From contig CAJINV010000001.1 of NCBI GenBank assembly GCA_905178155.1, positions 9,259,865 to 9,323,864 on the forward strand: a stretch of DNA of 64,000 bases. Direction: 5' to 3'. Below are positions 45,201 through 57,500 of this stretch, in pieces. Position 1 is the first letter of the stretch, and each line of letters begins with the position of its first letter. The notes below the pieces were generated by a model that worked only from the letters and a program-made list of their open reading frames with translations, was not told the DNA's origin and ran no database searches. Both the position numbers and the translations under genes were made by a program. This stretch comes from Amoebophrya sp. A120 (lineage: Eukaryota; Protista; Dinoflagellata).

Positions 45201-46177
45201 CGGGTGGGTCTTGCCGACATCTACGCACAACAGTACGAAGAGGAGGTGTTTGGGCAAAAGTCAAAACAGGAAGAGAAAATGTCGAAGGAGAAGTTGCTGT
45301 GCAAGGAACTGTTTGGCAAGGTAAAGCCTGATTTCTTGTTTCCGGTTTTTGCGCTTCAAATTTAGGTGTTGGGTATGCGTTTCGACATTGGAATCATGGA
45401 AGATGTAATATTCCTCTACAAAATGCGTTTAAGATAAAGATAATTTTTACATGCGGTTCATCAACCTGCATTGCAAAAAAAAAATACGAACAGGTCATGT
45501 ACAAGCTGGATCAGCTGTGCAACGCACATTTCACTCCGAAGCCGGTAAGCTTGTGCACCAGCACGGCGAAAGCAAATGTCTCCAGTATGACGATTGAAGA
45601 AGCCGTTCCTCTTGCAGTAAGCACCGCCGCGATGACTGCACCGTCCGAGATCCGCCGCGGAGACACTGTCAAGGTACTGGTTTATAACCCTTTCATCATG
45701 TTTGTGTTTCTTTGCATGGATGACAGAGTCGTTTTTTTCCTTTAGGATAAATATTTGCTGAATGCGATAAGCTTTTGGAAAAATAAGTAAGTTGACGTCG
45801 TTTGCTCGTGATGTTTATTTCAAAACCTCTATCAGACCCACGATGAGCTTGATCGCGAGGAGCTAAACGCGGTACGAAGAAGAAGGAAGGACCAGCGAAA
45901 GAAGGCACTCGAGGGCCACCTGATTGAGGGCACGAAAACCGCAAAGGACTTGCAGGACCGGCAGACAGCCCTGGACAAAAAGAACCAAATCGCGAAAGAG
46001 AAGAAGAACGCCAAGGGCAAGGTGAAAGATAAAAAGAAAAAGTTGAAAAATACCGAACTGCTCCAAATGGCAGCCGACAAAACCCAGGCGGAAACCAGTC
46101 GAAAAGCGGACTTGAAGAAGTGGAAAGAGGGCAACACGGACACAGGAAAAGCGAAAGTGAGAAAGTCTAAATTCTGA
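42215..46177 (+). CDS. MPP10: U3 snoRNP protein Mpp10, 6 exons (2 element-derived and 3 GT-AG introns: 44828-44985, 45321-45493, 45674-45835)
   Basis: EQVW motif, long acidic region, KHWSLGGEV..RERNSLLE, KQRV..LFDDVIR, KSRVGLADIY, KLDQLCNAHFTPKP, IEEAVP..APSEI. All junctions checked in frame. Confidence 0.92.
42294..42544. mobile_element. E4: introner-like TIR element, 251 bp, TSD CGACC (same family as E3, inverted)
   Basis: TATCAAATGTAAAAATATCTGGGTCTGGAAGAAT ... ATTCTTCCAGACCCAGACATTTTTGCAATCCATA. CGACC at 42289-42293 and 42545-42549. Confidence 0.95.
42593..42834. mobile_element. E5: introner-like TIR element, 242 bp, TSD GACGA
   Basis: ~42-bp imperfect TIR TATGACTTGCTCAGATGTTACGATCTCAAGCGTTACAATAGA / TCTATTGTAACGTTTGAGGTTGTAACGTCTGAGCAGGTCATA. 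GACGA at 42588-42592 and 42835-42839. Confidence 0.95.
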
Positions 46178-46874
46178 CTTGGCCGAAAGCTAGTACCCTT
46201 GAAAGCGATTGAATTGTGAAGCGAACAACCTAAGGACAAGTACCAGACCTTTCGAAAAGATTTTCTTCATGCACTATGCGAGTGCGAGCGTGCGCAAATA
46301 TACGAAAAAATGGAGGTTGAGGTAAGAAGTGCGTCATCAGGTGATCAGATGCAATATTCCAGTGTTTGGTTCATCACGGTGTCCGTGTCTCTGGCTTTCG
46401 TGTTAAGGATCTGGTTCCGCGACTGCAAAGGTCGAACGCAATGCTGAGAGCCGTGATTCATCAAATGGAGAAAAAGTTCTTTGCTCCTCTCTAGGGGTAA
46501 TATTCAGCTTGCTGGTGCTCACATGATCGTTCAAGGTATCGGTTTTCAGAAGTCTAGTTGTATTGCATTCGGTATACTGGTGTGCTTAGTTTGCAATGCT
46601 GCTGAACGGAGACACTTTTTTTGTCACATAACATGATTGAAGCAGTACTTAGCATTCAGATTCAAGGGGATAGATAATGTCACCGGGGCAGATACAAAAC
46701 TTGAAATTGTGGGCAAAACAGCGATACACTGGTAGGAACATTGCTTCTACATTTACAACTCACTTTTTTAGAAAATCCAAGAAATTGCTACTTACTGCTT
46801 TGAAAATAGACTTCACTGGTATTACTTCCACTTCGAAATCGTATGAGATTTCGGGGTTTGTCACTTTTCAATAA

Positions 46875-49800
46875 ATGAGCTACTACACACCACAACTACT
46901 TCACGATTCTTTTGACACCTACATTCATTTCGTTGGGACAGCCACTGTTTTGTACGCCATTGCGCTAGTGCTTGTTGCATGCACTTACATCTCCTTTTAC
47001 CGAAAGTGGCAGGACCCATACCCAAATTTTAGTTTCCTCTCGAAAACAAGCTACCCGAAATCAAAGAAGAAGATGCCACGCCGACAGAAGAACAAGACTG
47101 CGGCCGCGCGGCCGGACACCTTTTACGGACGCCACGCTGACCTGGATCTCGAGCTTTCCGACGAGGACAACGAGATCGGCGACACCGCGCCCGACATGTC
47201 GGACGAGTTGGCGGAAGCGCTGCAGGACGGCTCCTTCGACATGAGCTCCATGCTCGAAATGTTGAAGATGGCAGCGGGTGAACTCGGCCAAGCTGGGGAG
47301 CAGGGCGATGAGGACGATACTACCGGCACAAACCCCGAGGACCTGAAGCATTTGCTCACCAGTCTGCAGAGCCACATGACCGGGGGCGGCTCGACCTCGT
47401 TGTCTGAGGCGGAGGGCATGAAGGCCGAATTCGACCAGATGGTGAAGGATTACCGCAGCCAGCTCTCGTTCTCCCGCTGGTACTGCGCTTTGCGGCCTCT
47501 GTTTTTCCTCCGAAACGGGAAAATGGTCTTCAACAAAAGAGAGGTCGAGAAGATCGAAAAAAACGCGAAAAATGTGCTTGCGGTGCCGAGTAAGGAACTT
47601 TTTTCTGACGTCGATTCAGCTAGTACAACATCCCTTGAAGACAATGCCGGTCGTCTCCGCACCTGGAAGAACAAGGACTTGACGGCGGAAGAAAAAGCCG
47701 CCCTCACGCCGGAGAATTCCTGGCCGGCACCGAAGAACGCGGACCAGGTGAAGACCTTGATCAAGAAACTCGGGCAAGCGGTCGCGTTCGATGAGCGCGG
47801 TTGCTTGTGGATCAGTGCGGACGGGGATGTCTTGCTGAAGGCGGCAAAAAAGTTTCTGAAGGAATTGCCCGTCGAAGCGAACTGCTTGATTGGCTGGGTG
47901 ACGGTGACCACCAACAAGCACGCGAGCGCGGACATCGGCGGTTACAGTGACGCATTGATGAACACGGTCGTACCCGCCAAAGAATGCTTTGAAAAGGCCT
48001 TGACCGCCCGCCGGAAGGAGAAGAGAAGCAAAAAGCAGCAAATAAATGAGCAAGATCTTTCCACCTACGAGGCGTTCCTCGACGACTACTTTCAAATTCG
48101 GGAGTTCAAGATTCTGAAAATGATTGCTGGCATGTGCGCGCAGCTGAAGGCCTGGGGGGAGGCTTTGAGCTGGATGCTTGAGGGTAGCAAGTGCGACGAT
48201 GCGACCGAGGACGAAAAAATCGACCAGTTGAACGAGATCGGGTTCTGCTACGAGCAGATCGGGCAGACGAGGAAGGCAAAAGAAGCGTGGTTGAAGTACA
48301 TGGACCACTGGCTCCCGAAGCTGGAGCGGCACGAGGTGCCTGAGAAGTCCAAAGCGAGGACCTACATGACGAAAGTCGCGTTCCGCCTGGCGCAGCACGC
48401 GTACGAGCACGAGGGCAGCGTGCCCGAGGGCGACAAGTGGCTGGACATCGCGACGACCAAATTGTACCCACAGTTGAACGATGCCGGGAAGAGCGAGGCC
48501 GCTATGGCCAAGATCGGGGCCGAGGGTGCGCGCAAGGATTTGACTGGTGAAGGGAGGAGTAAGAAGAGTAATGGTTCTTTCAAGCCGAAAAGCAGAACCA
48601 CTGGCGCTCCACCTCCCTCGGGAGCCGGGAATGGGTCCGAACGACCCCCCGTCGTGAAGAAATTCGAACTCGGTGACGTAGTGGAGATCGTCCGGGCGCA
48701 AAAGTACGTCGGGGAGCGCGGTGAAATCGTGTCGGGCGGTTACAAGGACGCAAACGACGTGCCGCGGGTCAAAGTGGAACTGAAGTACGTGTCCGGCGTC
48801 GCTCTGGACGAACCAAAGGAGATCGCATTTCAAGCTGCCCATCTGGACTTGGTCTACAGCAGCACGAAAGCCACCGAGATCCAGCTGGAATTCGAGCAGG
48901 ACGCAAAGAAGGTTTTGTCGCACAAGAAACGGTTCTGCGTCGGCGACGAGGTGGCCATCGTGGACCTGGTGAAGCGGGCGGACTTGAACGGGCGCCGAGG
49001 TTTGATCCGCAAACCAATCTCGATGTTCCGGCCCCGGTACGGGGTGCAGGTTTTGCCCAAGGCACGAAAGGAAGGTGAGGACTTGTCTTCAGTCGGGGAA
49101 GATGAAATCGTCCATGTGTTGCCGAAGAATTTGAAGCGGATCTGGACCGGCTGTGACAGCGATAGCACCTCCACCGCGACTACAAGCATGCAGGACACCA
49201 CTCGTTGCGCTATTTGCTGGCAGTTGCTGAAAGAAAACACGAAGGCGGGGAAAGTGCTGGAAAAGTTCACGCCGCATGGGAATCAGTACTGTCTGGACTG
49301 CGTGGATGCGTTCGTGGCTAACGGGCTGACGGAAGACAAGGTGTGCATCATCACCCGCGACATCGCGGACGAACAGGAGTTTGCAGTTATTTCCAAAGTG
49401 ACCGCCGAACGGCGAGCGAAGAGTTGCGCGTTAGTGGTTCCGGGTCCCGCGCCGTTGAAGGTCGACGAGCAGCCGCAACTGGTCGGTTCCAACGCCGCAC
49501 CGAAACTGTTTCAGGAGTTCGACTCCGGCCGCGCGCAGGCGCAGCACGAGTACGCAAAGTTTATGGCGGCGACGCCGGAGTTTTTCCACGAAGCGCGGAA
49601 AAAAGCGAAAGAAGGAAAGATCACGAACGAGGAGGCATTGAACGTGTGCAAGGACGACTACCACAAGCGGAGGCTGGAGATGCTGCGGCAGCGCCACGCC
49701 GGGTTCCGGGCCCAGGGCAAGACCGCGTACGCCACGGCGGAGTTCCCGGCGGACGCCGCTGTCAACGCCAATAACTACATGAAGGGCTGCTGTGCGGAGG

Positions 49801-50642
49801 ACGGGTCAGACGACCCCGTGATCCAGCGCGCCTGCGACGTGAAGAAGAACCAACTGGACAAGTTTGGCGACGGGGACCAGTCGGCGTTGACCGTGGTTCC
49901 GGGGGGACCGGGAGCGGATTTGGAGCAGTACTGGTCCACGGGCGGGACGTTCAACCCCTTCCAGCGCCCCATGGAGTACTCGGCGTTGCTGCGGGCCGCG
50001 AGTTGGGGCAGTGTGCGGGAAGTGCAAGCGATTCTGGAGTCGATCAAGGACGAACCGAGGGAGGTGCGGGTCCAGTATTTGGAGTTCCGGGAATCCTCTC
50101 TCCGCATGACGCCGCTGTTGGGGTTGGTGACCGGATCCCGGTCCTGCGACCTGACGCGCGGGGTGGTTTGTCCGGCGTACTTGTGGCCGAACCCGCCGAA
50201 GAAGCGGGACGTGGACCACGTGAAGTGTGCGAAACTGCTGCTAGAAGCGGGCGCGAACCCGGACTGCAGGGACATTCTGGGGAAAACGCCCTTGATGCAG
50301 TGCTGCAACAGTATGGCCACGACAACGTCGCTGGCGGTCGCGGAAGTTCTCGTCGAGTTTAACGCGGACCTGGCGCCGCTGTGTCGATTGGGCAATTGCC
50401 TGCTGATGGAAGCCGTCAACACCGGCCGCACGGATTGCGTAAAGAAAATGCTGGACTTGGGGGTCGATCCGAACCTGACTCTGGAAGTCCGCATGGGCGG
50501 TATGATGCCAAGGGGGATGCGAATGCCGAACAAGCTCATGGATTTCCCCTTTCGGACTACCGGTGCTCAAGAGTGCCAGGCGCTACTGCGGCAGGCCGCT
50601 GCAAAAGGGAGGAACGGGGGCGCGGGAAGAAGAAAGAAGTAG
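46875..50642 (+). CDS. Multidomain protein: helical/TPR-like region, two SH3/KOW-like modules, RING-like finger, C-terminal ankyrin repeats (alternative start 47073)
   Basis: NEIGFCYEQIGQ..KAKEAW (TPR-like); FELGDVVEIV and FCVGDEVAIVDL..DLNGRRG; CAIC..H..YCLDC..C; CAKLLLEAGANPD..GKTPL; VKKMLDLGVDPN. Confidence 0.75.
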   Translation: MSYYTPQLLHDSFDTYIHFVGTATVLYAIALVLVACTYISFYRKWQDPYPNFSFLSKTSYPKSKKKMPRRQKNKTAAARPDTFYGRHADLDLELSDEDNEIGDTAPDMSDELAEALQDGSFDMSSMLEMLKMAAGELGQAGEQGDEDDTTGTNPEDLKHLLTSLQSHMTGGGSTSLSEAEGMKAEFDQMVKDYRSQLSFSRWYCALRPLFFLRNGKMVFNKREVEKIEKNAKNVLAVPSKELFSDVDSASTTSLEDNAGRLRTWKNKDLTAEEKAALTPENSWPAPKNADQVKTLIKKLGQAVAFDERGCLWISADGDVLLKAAKKFLKELPVEANCLIGWVTVTTNKHASADIGGYSDALMNTVVPAKECFEKALTARRKEKRSKKQQINEQDLSTYEAFLDDYFQIREFKILKMIAGMCAQLKAWGEALSWMLEGSKCDDATEDEKIDQLNEIGFCYEQIGQTRKAKEAWLKYMDHWLPKLERHEVPEKSKARTYMTKVAFRLAQHAYEHEGSVPEGDKWLDIATTKLYPQLNDAGKSEAAMAKIGAEGARKDLTGEGRSKKSNGSFKPKSRTTGAPPPSGAGNGSERPPVVKKFELGDVVEIVRAQKYVGERGEIVSGGYKDANDVPRVKVELKYVSGVALDEPKEIAFQAAHLDLVYSSTKATEIQLEFEQDAKKVLSHKKRFCVGDEVAIVDLVKRADLNGRRGLIRKPISMFRPRYGVQVLPKARKEGEDLSSVGEDEIVHVLPKNLKRIWTGCDSDSTSTATTSMQDTTRCAICWQLLKENTKAGKVLEKFTPHGNQYCLDCVDAFVANGLTEDKVCIITRDIADEQEFAVISKVTAERRAKSCALVVPGPAPLKVDEQPQLVGSNAAPKLFQEFDSGRAQAQHEYAKFMAATPEFFHEARKKAKEGKITNEEALNVCKDDYHKRRLEMLRQRHAGFRAQGKTAYATAEFPADAAVNANNYMKGCCAEDGSDDPVIQRACDVKKNQLDKFGDGDQSALTVVPGGPGADLEQYWSTGGTFNPFQRPMEYSALLRAASWGSVREVQAILESIKDEPREVRVQYLEFRESSLRMTPLLGLVTGSRSCDLTRGVVCPAYLWPNPPKKRDVDHVKCAKLLLEAGANPDCRDILGKTPLMQCCNSMATTTSLAVAEVLVEFNADLAPLCRLGNCLLMEAVNTGRTDCVKKMLDLGVDPNLTLEVRMGGMMPRGMRMPNKLMDFPFRTTGAQECQALLRQAAAKGRNGGAGRRKK

Positions 50643-51532
50643 AATGAAGAAAAAACACCCAGGGTTTGCACATAAGTAGTTGTCGCGATTTTTTTGTACA
50701 AAGAGACCGACTCTCATTCAGCAAAAAAATAACGAATTGCAAAGCGATAACGAGAACGAGTTTGCTCGTGGACATTTTTTCAAGATATTTTTGTCACGCA
50801 CGGGTGGAGCCGAATAAAATATTGGTTGAGGATTTTTATTCTTCTGAATACACACATCGATAATATTGTGGACCGGCTAAGAAGCAGCATTTCAAAGCCA
50901 AAGAGGGTTTATGTCATGGACGACAGGGGTTTTTTGGAACGCAAATATTGGTTACAGCCGAGTGTTCGAGCAGATCAAATTAGGCCTTTCCGGAGCATCG
51001 GTGTGCCATCATATGGGAAAGAATCAGAAGTGACTTCATCTCAACAGTAGACAGACACTCGAAAAAGCGATCGAAAATTGCTATCGCTTTCATCTTCCTA
51101 TCATGTTGACACGCTTCATTAGTGCAATAAAAGTTCTAGGAAATTTTAAACTCAGTCGTTGAAGTAAGTAGTAAGTAGAGAAAAAACAAGTTTACTTTAT
51201 TGAAGTGTAGTACGGCAATCACTTTTCGAAGCTTACTAGAATTCAGTTCATCATCGTCTTCAAGGTAAGAGCGAATCTTCATACACATGACCTTGGCTAT
51301 AATCGAGTCACACCATCGTGGAATCCCATGACAGCCACGGACGGAGAGGATTTCGAAGCTCCGGCACGGCTGTTAGCAGCCTCTAGCTCGCCCGTGGCGT
51401 GGAGTGACTCTCGCGGGTCGCGCTCCAGGCATCGGAACACCACGACGAGCCACCATCAACTGTATGGAGTTCCTTGACCGTGCTTTTCAACCAGATACTT
51501 AGTTGCCGTAGCACCTCCACACAACGTATATC

Positions 51533-54500
51533 ATGACGACTGCCACCTCTGACGAGAAGCGGGCCGTAGTCCCGCCGACCTCCGGATCGGCGCGGCATGT
51601 GCCAGCCCCGGACCCGCCATTGCAGATCGACTTTCCCGCTGCGACCGAACGCGAGGGCGGTGTCCCGGTGTTTTCCTTTCAAGTTGGTCAGCTGGCTACA
51701 ACCGGCCCCGCCACCGTGCTGAAGGGCACGAAGCCGAGCGACTACCGGCTCTCCTACGCGGGGAAGGTGGTGCAGCTGCGCACCGTCGACGAAGCCACGC
51801 GGATCAGCGACGCACGTCGCGCAAATCAGGACTCCCGGACCTTGCCGCAGGGCTTGTTTTTTGACCAACTAACCGGCACGATCTCCGGGCTGCTCGCAAC
51901 GCAGGTTGGCACCACGTTCCCGCGCACGCGGTTCCAAGTCGAGGGGAAGAACAAATGGGGTTGCGCGTCCACCTTTCTGGAACTCGAGGTCCGGCCACTG
52001 AATCCGCCCACTATTCTGGCGGAGCACAAGGACGCGCTGCCGCAACAGTACGTGTACGAAGTAGGGAACTTTGTGAACATCCCGCCTCCCCCCTTCACCA
52101 ACCTGGACACGGACCGGAAAAACCTCAGGTTCTTACTTGCGCCCGAGCAGCTTCCGGCCGGGCTGCGCTTCGAGCCCACTATCGGAGGCTTGTCCGGGAT
52201 CGCGTTAGAACCCTTCGCTCCGCTCGGCTACGTCATCCACGCATCAAACTCGTGGGGCTCGGCCCAGGCGCATTTTACGCTCACCGTCGGCGCACCGGCG
52301 GATCCGAAATATCTGTTATGTGCGGACAGAGTAGCGTTTGACGAGAAGGAGCAGGGACCCATCTACCGGTACGAGTTCACTTGCGGAAGCCTGGCGTCGA
52401 CCGGGCCGTGTCACGGTTTCGGGGTGGACTTCTTTCACTTCGATCACGCAAAGAATCCGCCACTGCCCCTCGGGTTGGTATTCGATCCGGTAAACGGAGA
52501 GATCGCGGGTATGCTACCACGAGACCCCGCTGCGTGTAACATGGGCGGAACTACAACTTCTTCTCGGATCGCGACAGGCGAAGCGGTTGCGAATCGCGGT
52601 AGTGGTGCTCTTCAGCAGCCGGCAAACACGGCTCAACTCGGCGCGCCGCGCAGGTACCGCGTTACTGCAGTGATGAGCACAATGGGTAGTGCTTCATCTT
52701 TCCGTGGAGGGACGTCGAATCCAGGTGTGTTACCCACGCCGGAAGAAATCGTAGCGGCCGCCAGCCGGCCGATTCCCGCGAAAGCCGTGAAGAAGGAGCT
52801 TTGCATTGAAATCGTGGTGCAGCCGATGCAACCTCCGCAACAGTTGCAGTATAGCGAGAAGACGATTACCTGTCAGCACGGAAAAATCCTCTGGGTGGAG
52901 CCGCCATCCGTGAAAGGAACCAGCCCGGACAGTCTGCACATCGCGAAGGGGCGTTTGCCGAAGGGCCTGGAGTTCGACGAACTGAAGGGTGTGATCTTCG
53001 GCACAGTCGTCGAGGCTCCGTGGGACGAGGAAATCGAGGTCCAGTGTTATAACCGATGGGGATCTTGCTCGACGACCTTGCGCATCATCGTGCAACCACC
53101 AGCCGCGCCGCAGATACTGGGAATTCGGATGTGGTCTCCCGGAAACCCGGCTGGGGGGATCGACGCGAACGCAGAGGGAAGCTTGGACTCCAGCATGCCT
53201 GACGTGTTCGCACCGCCTCTTCGGGCGAGGAGTTCTGGATTGCCGGGCGACGGCGTCTCGCAGCACGCTTTGGAAGATCTTACTTCTGCCAGCCCTGCTC
53301 CGACAGGGGGATATACCGTCGCTCCAGTGTCCGGGTCCGCCGGGCGGTTGGGCGCGACGCCGGTTCGGAGCAAGGTGCAGTGGCTGGACACAGACCATTG
53401 CTTTCACTTGGGTGATACGGTTTTCCTGCAAGCACAAATGGTGAGCTCGACGGGTGCAACGCCGCAAGCACGTGCGCTGGCTGCAAGTCCCACAGTGGTA
53501 CTTATACCTATTTTCTGTGTACTTCGTTGTAGTTGTGTACAGAATTCCAAGCTCGGATTAATTTTATCACGACACGACGAGATAGATTTTCAAGTTGTCG
53601 CAGTTGCGCCATAAATGTAGGAATCGTTCGAATCGCGACCAAACAAACACTCTTCAGGACTACAAAGAGCTGGCGCAGGCTCCGCGAGTAGCCTCCTATG
53701 CCACTGTGAAGCGATTCGAAATTTCACCGAAACCGCCATCTTTTCTGACGTTTGATCAGAACCTGGGTGTGTTGGCGGGTGTGATACCAGAGGACCTGAA
53801 GCTTTTCGATGCTCTTCTGAAATCCCTGCCGGCTACAACGCCATCTGCTGGAGCTGCAGGAATCGCAGGGGACCAAGCTGTCGCAAAGAAGGCAAAGTTT
53901 TCCGCCGGGAAAGTGTTTTCGCAAACTTTTTTCCTGCGTGCCGTGTCAGACTGGGGTACCGCCGAACAGAAGATTACCCTGCGCATCCGTCCCAAACGAG
54001 GCCCGGAGGTTTTGTCGTTGGTAAATCAACAGGGCAAGACGTTGCAGAACCGGCGGTATCATTTGGGATGCAAAGTGAAAATTTCTGGCCCACAACTCGA
54101 CCGGGGCACTCTCCCCACCGAGTACCGCATCGATCCGGATGCGTCCCAGCTACCGAAGGGCGTGATGTTCGACCCCATGACCGGAACGATCCAAGGCACT
54201 GCGTTGCGGCCCATCAACAACAAGTCGTTCACGATTTTCGGGAAAAACAAATGGGGAGAGGCGCGTGTCGACATTAACATCAGCGTCTTTAACCCCAACC
54301 CGCCCGTCTACTACACCGGGCTGCACTGCGATCCAGCTATTCAGGCATCGGACCAGCCCTGCAAGGACATCGTGCTGTTCTCTTTTCTCGCCGGACAGCT
54401 GGTCTACGTTCCGCCACCCTTCATTCCGAGCGTCGTGCGACCGAAGAAGTTTCGCCTGGAACCGTCGCTCGAGGCGATCGGCGTGCCGTTTCTGGTGTTC

Positions 54501-57500
54501 GACCCGCATTTGGGGACGATCGGGGGCAAAACCCGCGAGGATATCCACGACGTGCTGCAAAAAACGCGGCTGAAAATCTTCGCGGACTACGGTTTTGCCG
54601 AGGTGGACTCCTCCATTGACATCGAGATTCTTCCGCAGCCGCCCCCGTTCGACCTTTCGCTGAAGCAGGCGGACGCCGACGGCCAGGCGGGGACACTCTC
54701 TCTGTCGGGTGGCACCGAGCGGTTTACGGCTGCAAGTGCAACCGTTACGTCCTCGGTAATGATGTCCAACACGAGCAGGGACAGCATATCCGTGCGCAGT
54801 ACCTCCACGGACAACATCACTGGATCTGCGTTTCTGCGCAAAATCGTCACCTTCTCGTACCGCGTGGACCACAGCTTCGTGCTCATCCGCCCCGATCGCT
54901 GCTCCGGCTCCCGGCCGGAGCGCTACACGCTGGAGCCAAATTCGCTCCCGAAGGGCTTGTTTTTTGACGAGTCGAGTGGGTGCATCAACGGCGTGCCGCG
55001 CGCCTGGCTGGAGAGCGCCATCGAGTATCGGCTCTGCGCCGTGAACCAGTGGGGTACGGCCGGGATCCACTTCAAGCTGGAGATTCCAAGGCCACCGCCA
55101 CCGGGATCACTCTTCTATCTGAGCGCCACAAAACCCCGGCCCGAGGACCTGGAGCAGGCCATCGCGTACGGGAGGGCGGAGCTGGACAAGATTGGCGCGC
55201 TGGTGCCCGGAACGACAACGGCAATCGACGATAGGAGCGTGGCGGACGAGGAGGAAGAAGAAATTTTGTGCGCCGAAATCCCAGGGCAGACGGTGCGCCG
55301 CCCGGTGACGGCGGAAGCGCGCGCGAAGACGAAAGAAACAGCAGTTCTTCGCGAGATGGCGCAGGGCAGGCTGTGCGAATACGAACCTGGACTTCTTCTG
55401 CGTGTGGTTTCCTCGTCAACTTTTTCCGGACCAGCAAATACAACTCGTGAGGGTGGCACGCCAGCAGACCAACTTGCGCTGAACGACAAAACCACAACTT
55501 CCAAACCCTTAGCCGGAGCAGCGGTCGCATCCACCCAGCCGCTGGATTCGCCAATCGTGCTCGGCTCCCCGACGGCAAACTTTGGCCCGTCTAACCTGCC
55601 GATCGTGGACATCTACTGGACTGTCACCGCAGGAAAAACTTTTTGCTCGGATTCGGGATCCGTGGTGAATCGCGCCAGCACGAATTACTCGGTTTCGGAC
55701 ATCTACTTCCACCCGCTCTTCGACCGGGACCTTTACCCCAACAGCGACCTCCGGCGGTATTTCTCCCCCGCGGAACAGAAATTCGGCGGAAGTTCCGCGT
55801 TTCTGCAGCGCTTGAACATCAGTCTGGATGAGACCACGGGCGAGATGGTCGGCCTGATTCCGGAGAACCCGGGCGCTTGCGGCCATTACTTCTTCAAGAT
55901 CACGGTGAAGTCCAGTACCCAGGACGAGATGCAGTCCGTTGCGTTGATCAAGGTTTTGCCGGCGGAACCGCCAAACTCGATCCAGTACAGCCACAACATG
56001 GACCTCCGGGTCGTAGCCGATGTCACGAAAAAGTACACCCCGCTGTCACCGCGGGACGCCAGCAAGTTCGGCGCTGTCATGTCCCCGGGCGAACCGGCGC
56101 CGGAAGGGACGCTGCCGTTAACGGACTCTGTTTCCGAGGGAAGTGGGTCCGGCGACGGAGGGTTGCAGACCGAACGTGGAGGTCCTACCGCGCAGCAGCA
56201 GGACGGGAGCCCGTTTAGTTCCGGGAGCACAGCGACGTCCGCTGCGACAGTTGCGAACGTGGTGCCACAGGTTTTGGACGAGATGATGACCGAGACGGTG
56301 GTTGACCGGGCGGATGGGGGCTTCCTCCCGAACACGGACACGGAATTCATCGACGAGCCCGCGCAGCTGCTAGACACCGAGGACTTCGACGACCAGGGAG
56401 CAACAGCGACCCCGCAGATCCAAAACTTTGTCTTCTCCCTGGGAACGCGGATTTTCGTCCCTGCGCCCACGGTCAAAGGCAGCGCGCCCGACCGGTACAG
56501 GATCGTAAGCTGCCGTCCCTACAGCAGTACTGCGAGCAGTACCGTGGTGGACGGGTCAGACCGGCTGCTGAGCGAGGACTTGTATCGGAACTTCCTCTTC
56601 GACGATGAGTTAGCGCTCGATTTGAAAGAACCCGCACAGCAAGTCGTCAACCGCCCGCCCGCCACCGCGATGGCGAAGCGGCGGTCGCCGACGCTCGTCA
56701 ACGAAGAGGAGCTGCTTGTGGCGAACTTCATCCGCTTTAACTTCCGAGACGGGTGTTTGAACGGTTTCGCACTGAAACCCTTCCCGCCCCAGCGGCTCCG
56801 CATCCTCTGCGAAAACATCTGGGGGTACGCGGAGGCGAGCATTTGCGTCTCGGTGCCGGACGAGCGCATTCCGCGGAGCTTGTCGCTCGTCTCGTGCGCA
56901 AGCGTGGAGCACACGGCCCCCAAGTGGCGGGTGGTCGTGCATCCCGGGTTGGCCGACGTCGGCTCAGGAAGTACAGCGGCCTCCATCGAATCCAGCACCT
57001 TCTCGCCCCTGCGGCTCGAGTTCCCCAGCGGCAAACTGACGAAGTTCCTCCCCTGTCTGGACTTTCCCAATCGCTTGGCGGACCACGCGGATCCGATGCT
57101 AGATCTGAGTCGGGAAGAGGCGCCGTTGCTACCGTACCACTATTCGAACACGCCCCGATTGGAGCCCGCAATGTTTTCCTTGATGGAGCCGAAGTCGCGG
57201 AAGCCGGTGCAGAATTTGCCGCACGGACTGACGTTCGACCCGCTCACCGGAGAGATCGGGGGCATGCTGGCGATTCCGCCCCAGTCGCAGTGGGGGGAAC
57301 TGAAAAGGAGACAAGTGATGTCTGGAATCAGCGAGGACGGAGCGACGCAAAGTTTGACGTTCCGGTGGAACCGCGGAGAGGTGTCGTGTCCGGTGGAGAT
57401 GGTGATCTGTCGGGATGTCGACCCAAAGATTTCCTACTCCAACAGCCGCGCCACGGCATCGCTCCCAGTTTTCGTGCCCCCATCGCGAACGATTAGTACC

